Positions 1-14,118 of a stretch of DNA of 64,000 nt are shown piece after piece; position 1 is the stretch's first letter, and the number at the start of each line of letters is the position of its first letter. Origin of the DNA: Macrostomum lignano. Lineage: Eukaryota. The notes beneath the pieces were generated by a model. It saw nothing but the letters and a program-made list of their open reading frames with translations. It made no database searches and was not told where the DNA came from. The stretch spans positions 22,130 to 86,129 of the forward strand of contig NIVC01003642.1 of the NCBI GenBank assembly GCA_002269645.1, written 5' to 3'. The position numbers and the translations under genes were made by a program.

Positions 1-600
1 TTCAGTGTTCCATTGTCTGAGTTGAGTCATTTCTGTGTTCCATTGTCAGAGTTGAGTCATTTCAGTGTTCCATTGTCACAGTTGAGTCATTTCAGTGTTT
101 CATTGTCTGAGTTGAGTCATTTCAGTGTTCCATTGTCTGAGTTGAGTCATTTCAGTGTTTCATTGTCAGAGTTGAGTCATTTCTGTGTTTCATTGTCAGA
201 GTTGAGTCATTTCAGTGTTCCATTGTCAGAGTTGAGTCATTTCAGTGTTTCATTGTCAGAGTTGAGTCATTTCTGTGTTTCATTGTCAGAGTTGAGTCAT
301 TTCAGTGTTCCATTGTCAGAGTTGAGTCATTTCAGTGTTTCATTGTCAGAGTTGAGTCATTTCAGTGTTTCATTGTCAGAGTTGAGACATTTCAGTGTTT
401 CATTGTCAGAGTTGAGTCATTTCAGTGTTCCATTGTCAGAGTTGAGTCATTTCAGTGTTCCATTGTCAGAGTTGAGTCATTTCAGTGTTTCATTGTCAGA
501 GTTGAGTCATTTCAGTGTTTCATTGTCAGAGTTGAGTCATTTCAGTGTTCCATTGTCAGAGTTGAGTCATTTCAGTGTTTCATTGTCAGAGTTGAGACAT
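1..600. repeat. 30-bp minisatellite (TTCAGTGTT[C/T]CATTGTCAGAGTTGAGTCAT)n, runs off window start
   Basis: Exact 30-bp periodicity is visible row to row; ORF 13..615 (SELSHFSVSL repeats) is an artefact. Confidence 0.97.
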
Positions 601-614
601 GTCACTCTCACCTG

Positions 615-772
615 ACCCCTGAGCACGCACTTGGATAGTGTACGCAAGCATGCATTCATAAACACGATCACACAGGGTGTACAGCGGCCCTGATTGCTCA
701 TCGTCAGGCATGTACATATACACCCTTTGTGCCAATTGGTGTTTGACCCTCATTGGTGTGAATTGCACGACA
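615..772 (-). repeat. Copy A of an unclassified dispersed repeat of about 150 bp
   Basis: The reverse complement shares GTACATGCCTGACGAT...CAGGGCCGCTGTACACCCTGTGTGA with 22200-22260 and TCGTGC.ATTCACA..A.GAGGG.CA with 58025-58055. Confidence 0.8.
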
Positions 773-1304
773 AACCCCTAGATCAATTTCCGTGCACACC
801 AGCCCCAATGTTAATTTCACCTTGCTAATATGTTATAATACCCAGGGGGTACTTTGGCGCTGATCTGCCCTGCCCCCTCAAAAGCAGCCCTAAAAGTACA
901 TTGTAGTGTCAGTTTTAGATTTTCCACTTTCCTGCCCTCTAGAAAGTTAAGTGTAGGATAAACTTTCTAAACAAGAAAACGAACGCTTCTGTCAGCTGAA
1001 AAACAGCAAATTATTTGTAACGCTTTTTCTTGAAGCAAAATCTGCAACATTAGGGTAGGAATTTCTTCCAGGCTTGAAGAGTTAAGGATAAATCTTCCCA
1101 TACCGGCATCTGGGAAGAGCCGCGAGAACGGAAAGGGTCAGCGGGATCCGATTGGCTGAGGGCAGGGTTGCAACCCACAGCCCCAGAGTGCGGCTGTGTC
1201 GGATACATACATCAGTCACTGCACAGAGTCTGCAACCCAGCAGCTTCTAGCAGCTAAGAGTGGAATTCTTGTTTTGAATCGAAGCATCCCAGCTCAATGC
1301 CAGC

Positions 1305-4300
1305 ATGTTCAAGCGGGTATTCCAGCGATCGCGCAGGGTTAAGGATGAGGCGGAGTCGGGTGAGTAATGCGACGTCGTTGAAGCAATTAATGTCCTTGTC
1401 CATGGGTACGTCGATATTAAACATTGGTTGCTAGCTCGATTTTCGGCGAAAGCTTGCCTCCCTTTGCCGATATTTTCCATTTTGAAGCAATGAAATTTGC
1501 TCATTTCTAAACAAGTCAGATGTAGCTTATAAGGATGGATATACACTACCTGGATCGCAGATTCTATACATGTCACTCTATACTATACAGGCCCCAAAAA
1601 CCCCGGGGTTAAGGCCATAGACACCAGCTGCTGCTGCTGCTAATTTAGCTCGTACTTGAGAGCAGCAGAATCTACAGTCTATGGCCTGAAACCCGAGGTT
1701 TTCGCGCTGCGGCTAGAGTGGCCCATCTAGGTAACATAGTCTCTAACCTAGATCGCTTGGTAGCATCCTTGCTACTTCAGTTGTCATGGTTCATTGTTTC
1801 TACATTGCTAAATTACTCTGCGTGACTCATTTCTACCAGACGATGACACTGACCCCATGGTGCTGAAGAAAAAGGTCGAAGTGAAAGAGAACTCCAAAGT
1901 CGAAACGGATTATACAATTCACGAGGTGATTGGCAGGTAATCTGAGGGGCTGTTGAGCTTTGATAATTTTTGACGACTGTTAGATACCACCGGATTACCC
2001 AAAAACACTGGGTGCACTAAAATCCCATCTAGTAGTACCTCAATTTATACTCATCACTTCGATAAACCCAACACCTAAAAACTAGCTAAACAACACTAAA
2101 ATACTCGTATAGTACAATTTAATCAAGAAATATCGGCCACCCCAGTAACACCAAACACCCCAAAAACCACCCCAAAAACACTCATCACCTCAAATAAAAC
2201 CCACCATCCGAAATTAAATCCACCACCCCAAAAAAGCCACACCCCAAACAAAACCCACCACCCCAAAATAGCCCACCACCCCAAATAAAACCCACCACCC
2301 CAAATGAAACCCACCACCCCCAAAAAACCCACCACCCCAAATAAAACCCACCACCCCAAATAAAACCCACCACCCCAAATAAAACTCACCACCCCAAATG
2401 AAACCCACCACTCCCAAAAAACCCACCACCCCAAATAAAACCCACCACCCCAAATGAAACCCACCACCCCCAAAAAACCCACCACCCCAAATAAAACCTA
2501 CCACTCCAAATAAGACCCATCACCCCAAATAAAACCAAGCACCCCCAAAACCCCCACCCCAAAATGAAACCCATCAATAAAAAAACCCCAACACTTCAGC
2601 AACCGTCGCCCCCTTCCAATGAGGCAGCATCGCCAAACCTTGCCCGCCTTCCCGCAGCGGTCGCTTCGGCGAAGTGTGCAGGTGCACCGAGAAGGCCACC
2701 TCGAAGCAGTTCGCCGCCAAATACCTGAAGGCTGGCACCGAGGACGAGCGCGAGAGCGTGGCCAACGAGATCACCATCATGAAGAGGCTGAAGCATCCCC
2801 GACTGCTGCAGCTTTACGACGCGTACTTATTCAAAGATGAATACGTTCTCATCGTTGAGCTGTGAGTAGCTTGCCAGATTCTTGTTCCTCGTCAGCCATT
2901 CAACCAACCTTCGGGATCTTCAGCAGTGAAGGAGACCCATGTTCTGAAACTCAATTTCAATACTTTCCTTAATTCGTTTTGGGGGTTGTCGAAAGTCAAG
3001 TGCCCTCATGGGAGAAAAGTCCCTAAAGCCGCTCTGCCCTTTTAAGGGACCTTTTATAATACCTTTTATAATACCTTTTAAAATACAGCATCACAGGCGG
3101 CGAGCTCTTCGATCGGGTGATTGACGAGAATTTCGATCTGACCGAGTCCAAGTGCGAGAAATTTATGACCGAGATTTGCGAGGGCATCGAGTACATTCAC
3201 TCGCAAAATGTGCTGCATCTCGATCTCAAGGTTGGAGCGCCGTGAAGTTTCACTTGAAGTCTTCGGTTATTAGTGACTGCTGTTGTAGTGAAATTGGCGT
3301 TTGTAAGACTGATATAAGGTATCTATTGGATCTAGATAGTAGATAGGATTAGCAGATGGATTATTTACCAGATATTGATGGATTAGTAGATACTTCGTAG
3401 ATTAGCTAAAAGATTTAGACGGAGTATTAATCGAATATAGATATGAATAGGTAATTTGCAGGATTAACCATTTGATTAGTAGACAGATTAGCGACAGGAT
3501 CGAGATGGATTAGTAGACGGATTAACGACAGGATCTATATGGATTAGTAGACGGATTAGCGACAGGATCGAGATGGATTAGTAGACGGATTAGCGACAGG
3601 ATCGAGATGGATTAGTAGACAGATTAGCGACAGGATCGAGATGGATTAGTAGACGGATTAACGACAGGATCTATATGGATTAGTAGACGGATTAGCGACA
3701 GGATCTAGATGGATTAGTAGACGGATTAGCGACAGGATCGAGATGGATTAGTAGACAGATTAGCGACAGGATCTAGATGGATTAGTAGACAGATTAGCGA
3801 CAGGATCGAGATGGATTAGTAGACGGATTAACGACAGGATCTATATGGATTAGTAGACGGATTAGCGACAGGATCGAGATGGATTAGTAGACGGATTAAC
3901 GACAGGATCTATATGGATTAGTAGACGGATTAGCGACAGGATCTAGATGGATTAGTAGACGGATTAGCGACAGGATCGAGATGGATTAGTAGACGGATTA
4001 ACGACAGGATCTATATGGATTAGTAGACGGATTAGCGACAGGATCTAGATGGATTAGTAGACAGATTAGCGACAGGATCGAGATGGATTAGTAGACGGAT
4101 TAACGACAGGTTCTAGATGGATTAGTAGACGGATTAACGACAGGATCTAGATGGATTAGTAGACGGATTAACGACAGGATCTAGATGGATTAGTAGACAG
4201 ATTAGCGACAGGATCTAGATGGATTAGTAGACGGATTAGCGACAGGATCTAGATTGATTAGTAGACGGATTAGCGACAGGATCTAGATGGATTAGTAGAC

Positions 4301-7300
4301 GGATTAGCGACAGGATCTAGATTGATTAGTAGACGGATTAGCGACAGGATCTAGATTGATTAGTAGAGGGATTAGCAACCGGATCTAGATGGATTAGTAG
4401 AGGGATTAACCACCGAATCTAGACAAATCACAGCAATCCCCCGCAGCCGGAGAATATTCTGTGCCTGACTCCCAACGGCTATCGCATCAAGATCATCGAC
4501 TTTGGCCTGTCCCGCTCGAACGCCGCCAACCTCCGCGTGATGTTCGGCACGCCTGAGTTCGTTTCGCCCGAGGTTCTGGCCTTCGACCCTGTGGGCCCGC
4601 CGGCCGATATGTGGTCCGTGGGCGTCATCTGCTACGTACTGTGAGCCGCCGGCCTGGCCTACCGATGGGGCTTTGCTTTGAAAGTGATAAGTGTATCGAT
4701 GGAGTGAAAGTGTGTCGATAGAGTGACAAGTGTGTCGATAGAGTGACAAGTGTGTCGATTGAGGGACAAGTATGTCGATTGAGTGACAAGTGTGTCGAAT
4801 GACTGACAAGTGTGTCGATGGATTGACAAGTATGTCGATTGATTGACAAGTGTGTCGAGTGACTGACAAGTGTGTCGATGGATTGAAAAGTGTGTCGATG
4901 GATTGACAAGTATGTCGATAGAGTGACAAGTGTGTCGATGGATTGACAAGTGTGTCGAATGACTGACAAGTGTGTCGATGGATTGAAAAGTGTGTCGATG
5001 GATTGACAAGTATGTCGATGGATTGAAAAGTGTGTCGATGGATTGACAAGTGTGTCGATGGATTGACAAGTGTGTCGATGGAGTGACAAGTGTGTCGATG
5101 GATTGACAAGTGTGTCGATGGAGTGACAGATGGTGTGGAAGGTGTTTTGGATAGATCTGCAGTGAAGTGGATGTGTGCGTATGCAGTGAAAATCCGTCAG
5201 CAGTCCAAATTGCAGTTGCTGGGTGACATTCTATGGCATACTAGTAAATAGCTCGTAAATATCGCAGTTTATGGTTTACTTTTAGCAGTTGACTTTATTC
5301 TTATTATGCTAATCAATCAATCAGCAGTCAATCAATCAATCAGTTTGGAGCAGCGCCAATCAGAATCCAAGTCTGTTACTCCCTTTCTCTCTCTCAGCCA
5401 GCCCTGATTGTTGCTACTCAATCAATATTCCAGCCTGTCGGGCCTCTCCCCCTTCATGGGCAAGCGGGACGCGGACACGTACGTCAACATTGCCCGGGTC
5501 AACTATTCGTTCAATTATTCCGAATTTGACGAGATCTCGACCGAGGCCAAGGACTTTGTCAAACAGCTGCTTATCAAGGACCCCAAGTGAGGAAGATCTT
5601 ATGTTGGGGGGGGGGGTTGGCGGAAAGAGGCACAGATGGAAATCTTTTGTGCGAGCGGGAGTGTTCAAAATCTTGAAATTTTACAAGCTCGATCTTACTA
5701 GCGTTAGGAGGAAAGTGGGGTAAGAGGGGCTCAACTAGGGGTGGGAGGAAAGTGGGTAGGAGAGTGGGGTAGAAGGAGAGTGGGGTAGAAGGAGAGTGGG
5801 GTAGAAGGAGAGTGGGGTAGAAGGAGAGTGGGGTAGGAGAGTGGGGTAGAAGGAGAGTGGGGTAGAAGGAGAGTGGGGTAGGAGAGTGGGGTAGAAGGAG
5901 AGTGGGGTAGGAGAGTGGGGTAGAAGGAGAGTGGGGTAGGAGAGTGGGGTAGGAAAGTGGGTAGGAGAGTGGGGTAGAAGGAGAGTGGGGTAGAAGGAGA
6001 GTGGGGTAGAAGGAGAGTGGGGTAGAAGGAGAGTGGGGTAGGAGAGTGGGGTAGAAGGAGAGTGGGGTAGGAGAGTGGGGTAGAAGGAGAGTGGGGTAGG
6101 AGAGTGGGGTAGGAGAGTGGGGTAGGAGAGTGGGGTAGAATTGGTTCAGTTTTGCCGCACTCTGAGCGACATCACAAGTGTTTGAAAGCGATTTGCCGCA
6201 CTGGCCCGTGCACCGGAGCGCGTAAAGGTTGATTTGAAGGCGGAAAAAAGAGTGGAAATAGTAAATCACTGCACAGAACTGCAGCCGCTTTAGGCTTTGC
6301 GCGGGCAAGGCTTCGGGCAGGCAGTGCTTTGCTTCATTGCCCGGCTGATAGCTGCTTTCAGAGACGAAAAAAGTGCATCGAACCAGAGAAACCAGCGGAA
6401 ACTGTTTGGACATCTCTGCTGCAGAGAATCGCTCGCTGAGGGAGGCTGCAAGCTGCTGATAAACAGTAGCGCAGACTTTCGCGCATTCGCTGCCAGATAC
6501 AAAGTGAAGCCCAACATATCATGGAATATTAAGTACAAAATCTGGAGTTAGAAGCTGCTGTCATGGAACACTAGAGACAGTATCTGGCTGGTATAGAAAC
6601 ACCAGCTGAGGCCATGGAACACTAGAGACAGTATCTGGCTGGTATAGAAACACCAGCTGAGGCCATGGAATTCTAGAGACAGTATCTGGGGTATAGAGAC
6701 ACCAGTTGAGGCCATGGGATTCTAGAGACAGTATCTGGTATAGAGACACCAGCTGAGGTCATGGAATTCTAGAGACAGTATCTGGTATAGAGACACCAGC
6801 TGAGGCCATGGGATTCTAGAGACAGTATCTGGTATAGAGACACCAGCTGAGGACATGGGATTCTAGAGACAGTATCTTGTATAGAGACACCAGCTGAGGA
6901 CATGGGATTCTAGAGACAGTATCTGGTATAGAGACACCAGCTGAGGACATGGGATTCTAGAGACAGTATCTGGTATAGAAACACCAGCTGAGGCCATGGA
7001 ACACTAGAGACAGTATCTGGGGTATAGAGACACCAGCTGAGGACATGGGATTCTAGAGACAGTATCTGGTATAGAGACACCAGCTGAGGTCATGGAATTC
7101 TAGAGACAGTATCTGGTATAGAGACACCAGCTGAGGTCATGGAATTCTAGAGACAGTATCTGGTATAGAGACAGCTGAGGTCATGGAATTCTAGAGACAG
7201 TATCTGGTATAGAAACACCAGCTGAGGCTATGGAATTATACAGACATGGAGTCTGGAGAGCCATGGAGAGACATTGAGAGACAGATACAGTATCTGAAAT

Positions 7301-9074
7301 GGAAGACAGTACCAGACACATCACCCACTGCTTTTTAAATCGCAACCGATTTCTCATCCAGATATCGTGTTTAGAAGTCCATGGCCCAATCCAAACGCGC
7401 GTCAAAAACTTGGCTTTGATGAATCATCGACGGCCCCAGGCTGCACCCTGGCCTCATCCGCCAAGCAGGGAGACTGGGGATTATCTATGTGATCCCCACT
7501 TTATCTGCATCTCCTACCTTCCTCCCTAATACCCCGCCAGCGCGAGCGCCTGAACTTTTAAACACTTTTCCCAGATCCAATTATTGACTTCGGAACCTTG
7601 GGGTTCGAAGGAGGGCTTGTAAATATTGGGCTAAGAACTGGGCCTCCTGTACTTTTCCTGACGGAGCCTTACACACCCTGCCGGCTTCCAATCCTTCCAT
7701 TGCAGGCGGAGGAACACGGCTGCCCAGTGCCTGCAGCACGCCTGGCTGAAGGTAAAAAGCTGCTGAATGCGATGCCGCCTTCAGACCAAATAGTTTTCAT
7801 TACCGTTTACCCGTGCGCTGGATTAGCGTAGCCCGTTCTATCACCGTTGGTTGCTGTGCCCCGTTTGGCATTACCAACCTGCACTGTACACTTTTCTCTG
7901 GTGCTTCGGTTATCTATTGATTATATTTATTATCTCTGGTTATCTATGATTATCTATTGATTATCTATGAGTATCTAATGATTCTTTATTGATTCTTTAT
8001 TGATTTTTTATTCTTTATCTACCATCTGCTTTTATATGGATCTAACTCGCTTTCGTCTCCTCTCATCCCTTCATCTCTCCTCTCATCCCTTCATCTCTCC
8101 ACTCATCCCTTCATCTCTCCACTCATCCCTTCATCTCTCCACTCATCCCTTCATCTCTCCACTCATCCCTTCATCTCTCCACTCATCCCTTCATCTCTCC
8201 ACTCATCCCTTCATCTCTCCACTCATCCCTTCATCTCTCCACTCATCCCTTCATCTCTCCACTCATCCCTTCATCTCTCCACTCATCCCTTCATCTCTCA
8301 TCTCATCCCTTCATCTCTCCACTCATCCCTTCATCTCTCCACTCATCCCTTCATCTCTCCACTCATCCCTTCATCTCTCCACTCATCCCTTCATCTCTCC
8401 ACTCATCCCTTCATCTCTCCACTCATCCCTTCATCTCTCCACTCATCCCTTCATCTCTCCACTCATCCCTTCATCTCTCATCTCATCCCTTCATCTCTCC
8501 ACTCATCCCTTCATCTCTCATCTCATCCCTTCATCTCTCCACTCATCCCTTCATCTCTCCTCTTATCCCTCAATCTCTCCATTTTTCCTTCATCTTTTCG
8601 CTCCACTATTCGTCTCCGCCCATCAGTTCATTTTATTAGTTTATTAAACTCTGGATCTTTGATCCTTCATTACCTCTAATCTCTTCAGCTCGGTTCTCAC
8701 CTTTCATTTGTAATATTTTTCTTTATCTCCGCTCGCAGATATTAGAGAAAATACATTGACTATTGATGTAAACACTCATCAGAATTACTCACCCAAGTCT
8801 ACTGTCAGTAGGCCGAAAGCGTATAATTTATAATTTTATTATCCATCCCCAGAATCCGAAAAAGTCTACCAGGACCGGCCACGTGTGCAAGCGGCGCCTA
8901 AAGAGCTGGGTTTACCGGCGGAAGTGGCACGTGAGTGGGCCTCGCTATCTGCTTCAATATCTGCGTATTCGAGCAGTCTGGTGGGCCAAAAATTTAAATT
9001 AAATCTTACTACCATTTCAGAAGGCCGTCTTTGCCATCGTGGCGCTGATTCGAATGGGCGGCTCCTTCGACTGA
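1305..9074 (+). CDS. MYLK: Myosin light chain kinase family Ser/Thr kinase (CAMK group), 340 aa, 9 exons
   Basis: Exons 1305-1359, 1840-1936, 2658-2861, 3089-3230, 4447-4640, 5434-5586, 7706-7751, 8853-8930 and 9021-9074 are all GT-AG and phase-consistent (1023 nt). Motifs: IGSGRFGEV, FAAKY, ANEITIM, GGELFDRV, HLDLKPEN, DFG, FGTPEFVSPE, DMWSVGVICY, LSGLSPF and the C-terminal RRKWHKAVFAIVALIRM calmodulin-binding-type helix. The symbol is family level only. Confidence 0.93.
1588..1709. mobile_element. Small MITE-like element in MLCK intron 1
   Basis: Imperfect inverted ends of about 35 bp: CAGGCCCCAAAAACCCCGGGGTTAAGGCCATAGAC vs the reverse complement of the right end, CAGCGCGAAAACCTCGGGTTTCAGGCCATAGAC. 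No clear TSD. Confidence 0.55.
2170..2590. repeat. 19-bp minisatellite (CCACCACCCCAAATAAAAC)n in MLCK intron 2
   Basis: Direct tandem units; the minus-strand WGGGF ORFs are artefacts. Confidence 0.95.
3470..4410. repeat. 34-bp minisatellite (GGATTAGTAGACGGATTAGCGACAGGATC[G/T]AGAT)n in MLCK intron 4
   Basis: Direct tandem units. Confidence 0.96.
4690..5128. repeat. 20-bp minisatellite (GTGTGTCGATGGATTGACAA)n in MLCK intron 5
   Basis: Direct tandem units. Confidence 0.95.
5745..6138. repeat. 13/16-bp G-rich minisatellite (GAGAGTGGGGTAG[AAG])n in MLCK intron 6
   Basis: Direct tandem units. Confidence 0.95.
6561..7235. repeat. 47-bp minisatellite (TCTAGAGACAGTATCTGGTATAGAGACACCAGCTGAGGCCATGGGAT)n in MLCK intron 6
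   Basis: Direct tandem units. Confidence 0.95.
8058..8560. repeat. 20-bp minisatellite (ACTCATCCCTTCATCTCTCC)n in MLCK intron 7
   Basis: Direct tandem units. Confidence 0.96.
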
Positions 9075-9218
9075 CCGCCGAGTTGCTTCGTCATGACCGA
9101 GCCACTAAGAGCTGTCTGTCTGCTGAAACTCATTGCTTTCTTGGGCTTTGCTTTTGGCTCGAAACAATGGACAAGTATCGGGCATGTTTGATTAGATTAT
9201 AATGTTTAATGGCTGATT

Positions 9219-9530
9219 AGAATGGATTGCTAATCTAGCCAATCATCACGTATGGATGATTAGAATGGATTGCTAATCTAGTCAATCATCGCGTATGGAT
9301 GATTAGAATGGATTGCTAATCTAGTCAATCATCGCGTATGGATGATTAGAATGGATTGCTAATCTAGTCAATCATCGCGTATGGATGATTAGAATGGATT
9401 GCTAATCTAGTCAATCATCGCGTATGGATGATTAGAATTGATTGCTAATCTAGTCAATCATCGCGTATGGCTGATTAGAATGGATTGCTAATCTAGCCAA
9501 TCATCGCGTATGAATTGATTGCTAATGTAG
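9219..9530. repeat. 43-bp minisatellite (AATGGATTGCTAATCTAGTCAATCATCGCGTATGGATGATTAG)n
   Basis: Direct tandem units; each contains the stem AATCATC-N7-GATGATT. Confidence 0.93.
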
Positions 9531-9994
9531 CATGCATTGATTAAATGTTATGCATGATCTATCTATCGGTAATAAATCAAAACTTGTTCCAAAAATACCT
9601 TGAAAGATAATTGAACTAATTATTCATTTTTTATGATTAATTCACATATCTGTTTGCGTAGTCAATGTTTCATTGGATTATATATATGCATATATTGAAC
9701 CTTTTTAATATGACATTAAATTTTGTACTCTAGCGCAATTCAAACACTCACCCCAATGCTTATTCGAACTATTAATTAATCATTAATTATTTATATCAAG
9801 TTGCTCCTATATGTCTTGGATTTTTGCTTTGCATATTTTCATTGCACAATAAATCCACACAGATGCTGTCCAACTACTATTTGAGTAGCTTAAACAGCTT
9901 TAAGAATATTTGTGCTTCTTCCTGTCCTGTCAGGAGTGCAAGAGCGTCCTTTAGTACTGTTAGTAGATTGATTAGTTTCTTTAGTAGCTGAGTA

Positions 9995-10902
<908 letters not shown>

Positions 10903-11344
10903 CGTGCATGTAAACAATGAGGCAAGCTCTTCATCACACTGGGCCTCGTCAAGTACACCTTATCAATAGTTAAGGCGGTCAGACCGGCATCAGGTGTGCA
11001 AAAATTCCCTCATAAAGCAGCACTTCATAATCTCAGCTGTCTGCATCTTTCCCCTAGCGCAGAGGAGCCGACCAGAGAGAAAGCAGAAGTGTGCTGCAGC
11101 AATCCAGGAAGGCTAATTGGATTCCGCGGGGCTGCAGGGAAACGGCAAACAATAATGATGAGATGAGGGCAGGGTACGCGCAATTTGTTCGACCGGTCAG
11201 GCCAGGGAATTGATACCGCTAAGAGTCTATCTAGTCTCTCTGCCCGAATGCGATTGCGTCATCAAATTCGTGTTTGCCTCCTCGGCTTGGATTGGGGATA
11301 ATTGGTGCGCTTCTTCTGCCCATATCCGTCTCTGGGGATGCATG

Positions 11345-12040
11345 CTCTCTCTCTCCCCCTCTCTCTCCCCCCTCTCTCTCCCCTCTCTCTCCCCCCTCTC
11401 TCTCCCCCCTCTCTCTCCCCCTCTCTCCCCCCTCTCTCCCCCCTCTCTCTCCCCCTCTCTCTCCCCCCTCTCTCCCCCTCTCTCTCCCCCCTCTCTCTCC
11501 CCCCTCTCTCTCCCCCCTCTCTCCCCCCTCTCTCTCCCCCCTCTCTCTCCCCCCTCTCTCTCCCCCTCTCTCTCCCCCTCTCTCTCCCCCCTCTCTCTGC
11601 CCCTCTCTCTCCCCCCTCTCTCTCCCCCCTCTCTCTCCCCCTCTCTCTCCCCCCTCTCTCCCCCCTCTCTCTCCCCCCTCTCTCTCCCACCTCTCTCTCC
11701 CCCCTCTCTCTCCCCCCTCTCTCTGCCCCCTCTCTCTCCCCCCTCTCTCTCCCCCCTCTCTCTCCCCCTCTCTCTCCCCCTCTCTCTCCCCCTCTCTCTC
11801 CCCCCTCTCTCTCCCCCTCTCTCTCCCCCCTCTCTCCCCCCTCTCTCTCCCCCTCTCTCTCCCCCTCTCTCTCCCCCCTCTCTCTCCCCCCTCTCTCTGC
11901 CCCCTCTCTCTCCCCCCTCTCTCTCCCCCTCTCTCTCCCCCTCTCTCTCCCCCTCTCTCTCCCCCTCTCTCTCCCCCCTCTCTCTCCCCCCTCTCTCTCC
12001 CCCTCTCTCTGCCCCTCTCTCTCCCCCTCTCTCTCCCCCC
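11345..12040. repeat. C/T-only low-complexity satellite (CTCTCTCCCC variants)
   Basis: Direct reading; the PLSPPSL and GERGGRE ORFs are artefacts. Confidence 0.97.
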
Positions 12041-12189
12041 TCGCTGCCACTTGTTGTCAAGCTAACTATCAATGGTGAGACACAGTGAAATTGAGTTTCT
12101 GGATGCTAAAGTCAAAATTAGTACATACTGAAGTATTATATTAGCGATTTAGCATTTTGGGGAGTCATGTTGGATGAGAGCCATTGTTC

Positions 12190-13246
12190 GAATGTGAAAG
12201 TGCCATTTCGGATGTGAAAGTGCCATTTGGATGTTAAAGTGCCATTTCGGATGTGAAAGTGCCATTTCGGATGTGAAAGTGCCATTTCGGATGTGAAAGT
12301 GCCATTTAGGATGTGAAAGTGCCATTTAGGATGTGAAAGTGCCATTTCGGATGCGAAAGTGCCATTTCGGATGTGAAAGTGCCATTTCGGATGTGAAAGT
12401 GCCATTTAGGATGTGATAGTGCCATTTAGGATGTGAAAGTGCCATTTCGGATGTGATAGTGCCATTTCGGATGTGAAAGTGCCATTTCGGATGTGAAAGT
12501 GCCATTTCAGATGTGAAAGTGGCATTTAGGATGTGAAAGTGGCATTTCGGATGTGAAAGTGCCATTTCAGATTTGAAAGTGCCATTTCAGATGTGAAAGT
12601 GGCATTTAGGATGTGAAAGTGGCATTTCGGATGTGAAAGTGCCATTAAGGATGTGAAAGTGCCATTTCGGATGTGATAGTGCCATTTAGGATGTGAAAGT
12701 GCCATTTCAGATGTGAAAGTGCCATTTCGGATGTGAAAGTGCCATTCGGATGTGAAAGTGCCATTTCGGATGTGAAAGTGCCATTTAGGATGTGAAAGTG
12801 CCATTTCGGATGTGAAAGTGCGATTTGGATGTGAAAGTGCCATTTCGGATGTGAAAGTGCCATTTCGGAAGTGAAAGTGCCATTTCGGATGTGATAGTGC
12901 CATTTAGGATGTGAAAGTGCCATTTCAGATTCGAAAGTGCCATTTCGGATGTGAAAGTGCCATTTCGGATGTGAAAGTGCCATTTAGGATGTGATAGTGC
13001 CATTTAGGATGTGAAAGTGCCATTAAGGATGTGAAAGTGCCATTTCGGATGTGATAGTGCCATTTAGGATGTGAAAGTGCCATTTCAGATGTGAAAGTGC
13101 CATTTCGGATGTGATAGCGCCATTTAGGATGTGAAAGTGCCATTTCGGATGTGATAGTGCCATTTAGGATGTGAAAGTGCCATTTCGGATGTGATAGTGC
13201 CATCTAGGATGTGAAAGTGCCATTTCGGATGTGAAAGTGCCATTTC
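12190..13246. repeat. 20-bp minisatellite (GATGTGAAAGTGCCATTTCG)n
   Basis: Direct tandem units. Confidence 0.97.
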
Positions 13247-13954
13247 ATAGGACCGAAATTCGAACCAGAAACTACGCGGAGAGTGTGACCTGCGCCAGAA
13301 TCCAGTCACGGGGACAGCTCGAACTGAAAACCGCAGAACTGAGTGGTGCAGGGGCTGACCTACAGCCGGGGTTGAAGCAAAACAAACTGACAATTCTTTC
13401 TACAATTTTTTCAAGCAGCAAAGACAGAACTGCTGGTTGGAAAAGTTCACGCAGCAGTTTATAGCCTCCCAAAATCGAGTTGCTAAGCTGATGGGGAAAT
13501 TCTCCCGCTCCGCTAATTACATAGCATGTCAGCTGGCTCCGGTCTCGCACCTTCGTCGAATATATCCTCTTCGGGGCTTGTGTGCTTCTTCCGCATGCAG
13601 AAGATTTTGGATTCTCGTGTCTTGGGCCGGGATCAGCGGTTGCTAAGGGGGGCTGACTGAGGGGCACCTGACGCTCCCAATGGGTCGGCGATAGGCGAAC
13701 TTCTGCGGGGACTTCCGCGACCTCGCAGTCTGTGACTCATCAAAAACGGTTTCAGAAAGTTTGGAAGAGAGAGACGGCAACCTGCCGCGGGAGAAGATGA
13801 GAGGCAGGCAGCTTAGCAATGCTGTTTCTTTTAACTTGCTCCATCCTCTTCTGCTTCCCCTAGAAGACAGCAACTGCTGAAGATAACTTTGTAGACGAAG
13901 AACACCAAGTCTCTGTCAAGAGAAGAGCTTCTTTTTCGGGTGATGTGAATTTTT

Positions 13955-14118
13955 GCGCTTGTGTCATTGCGTAAAAACTGCGCGCTTGTGTCATTGAGTA
14001 AACTGCGCGCTTGTGTCATTGAGTAAACTGCGCGCTTGTGTCATTGAGTAAACTGCGCGCTTGTGTCATCGAGTAAAAACTGCGCGCTTGTGTCATTGAG
14101 TAAACTGCGCGCTTGTGC
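13955..14118. repeat. 25-bp minisatellite (TTGAGTAAACTGCGCGCTTGTGTCA)n
   Basis: About 6 tandem units. Confidence 0.9.

Noticed and set aside
13-615. Long ORFs over tandem repeats (also 11210-12088, 20907-21762, 23503-24700, 30667-31456, 34034-35282, 37441-40023, 52427-53204, 53303-54139, 55243-56382, 60201-60913)
   Set aside because: They coincide with satellites whose units lack stops in several frames and on both strands, and many lie inside introns of well-supported genes.
6140-6551. Possible degenerate coding or transposon fragment inside MLCK intron 6
   Set aside because: Stops interrupt every frame and no motif was recognised.
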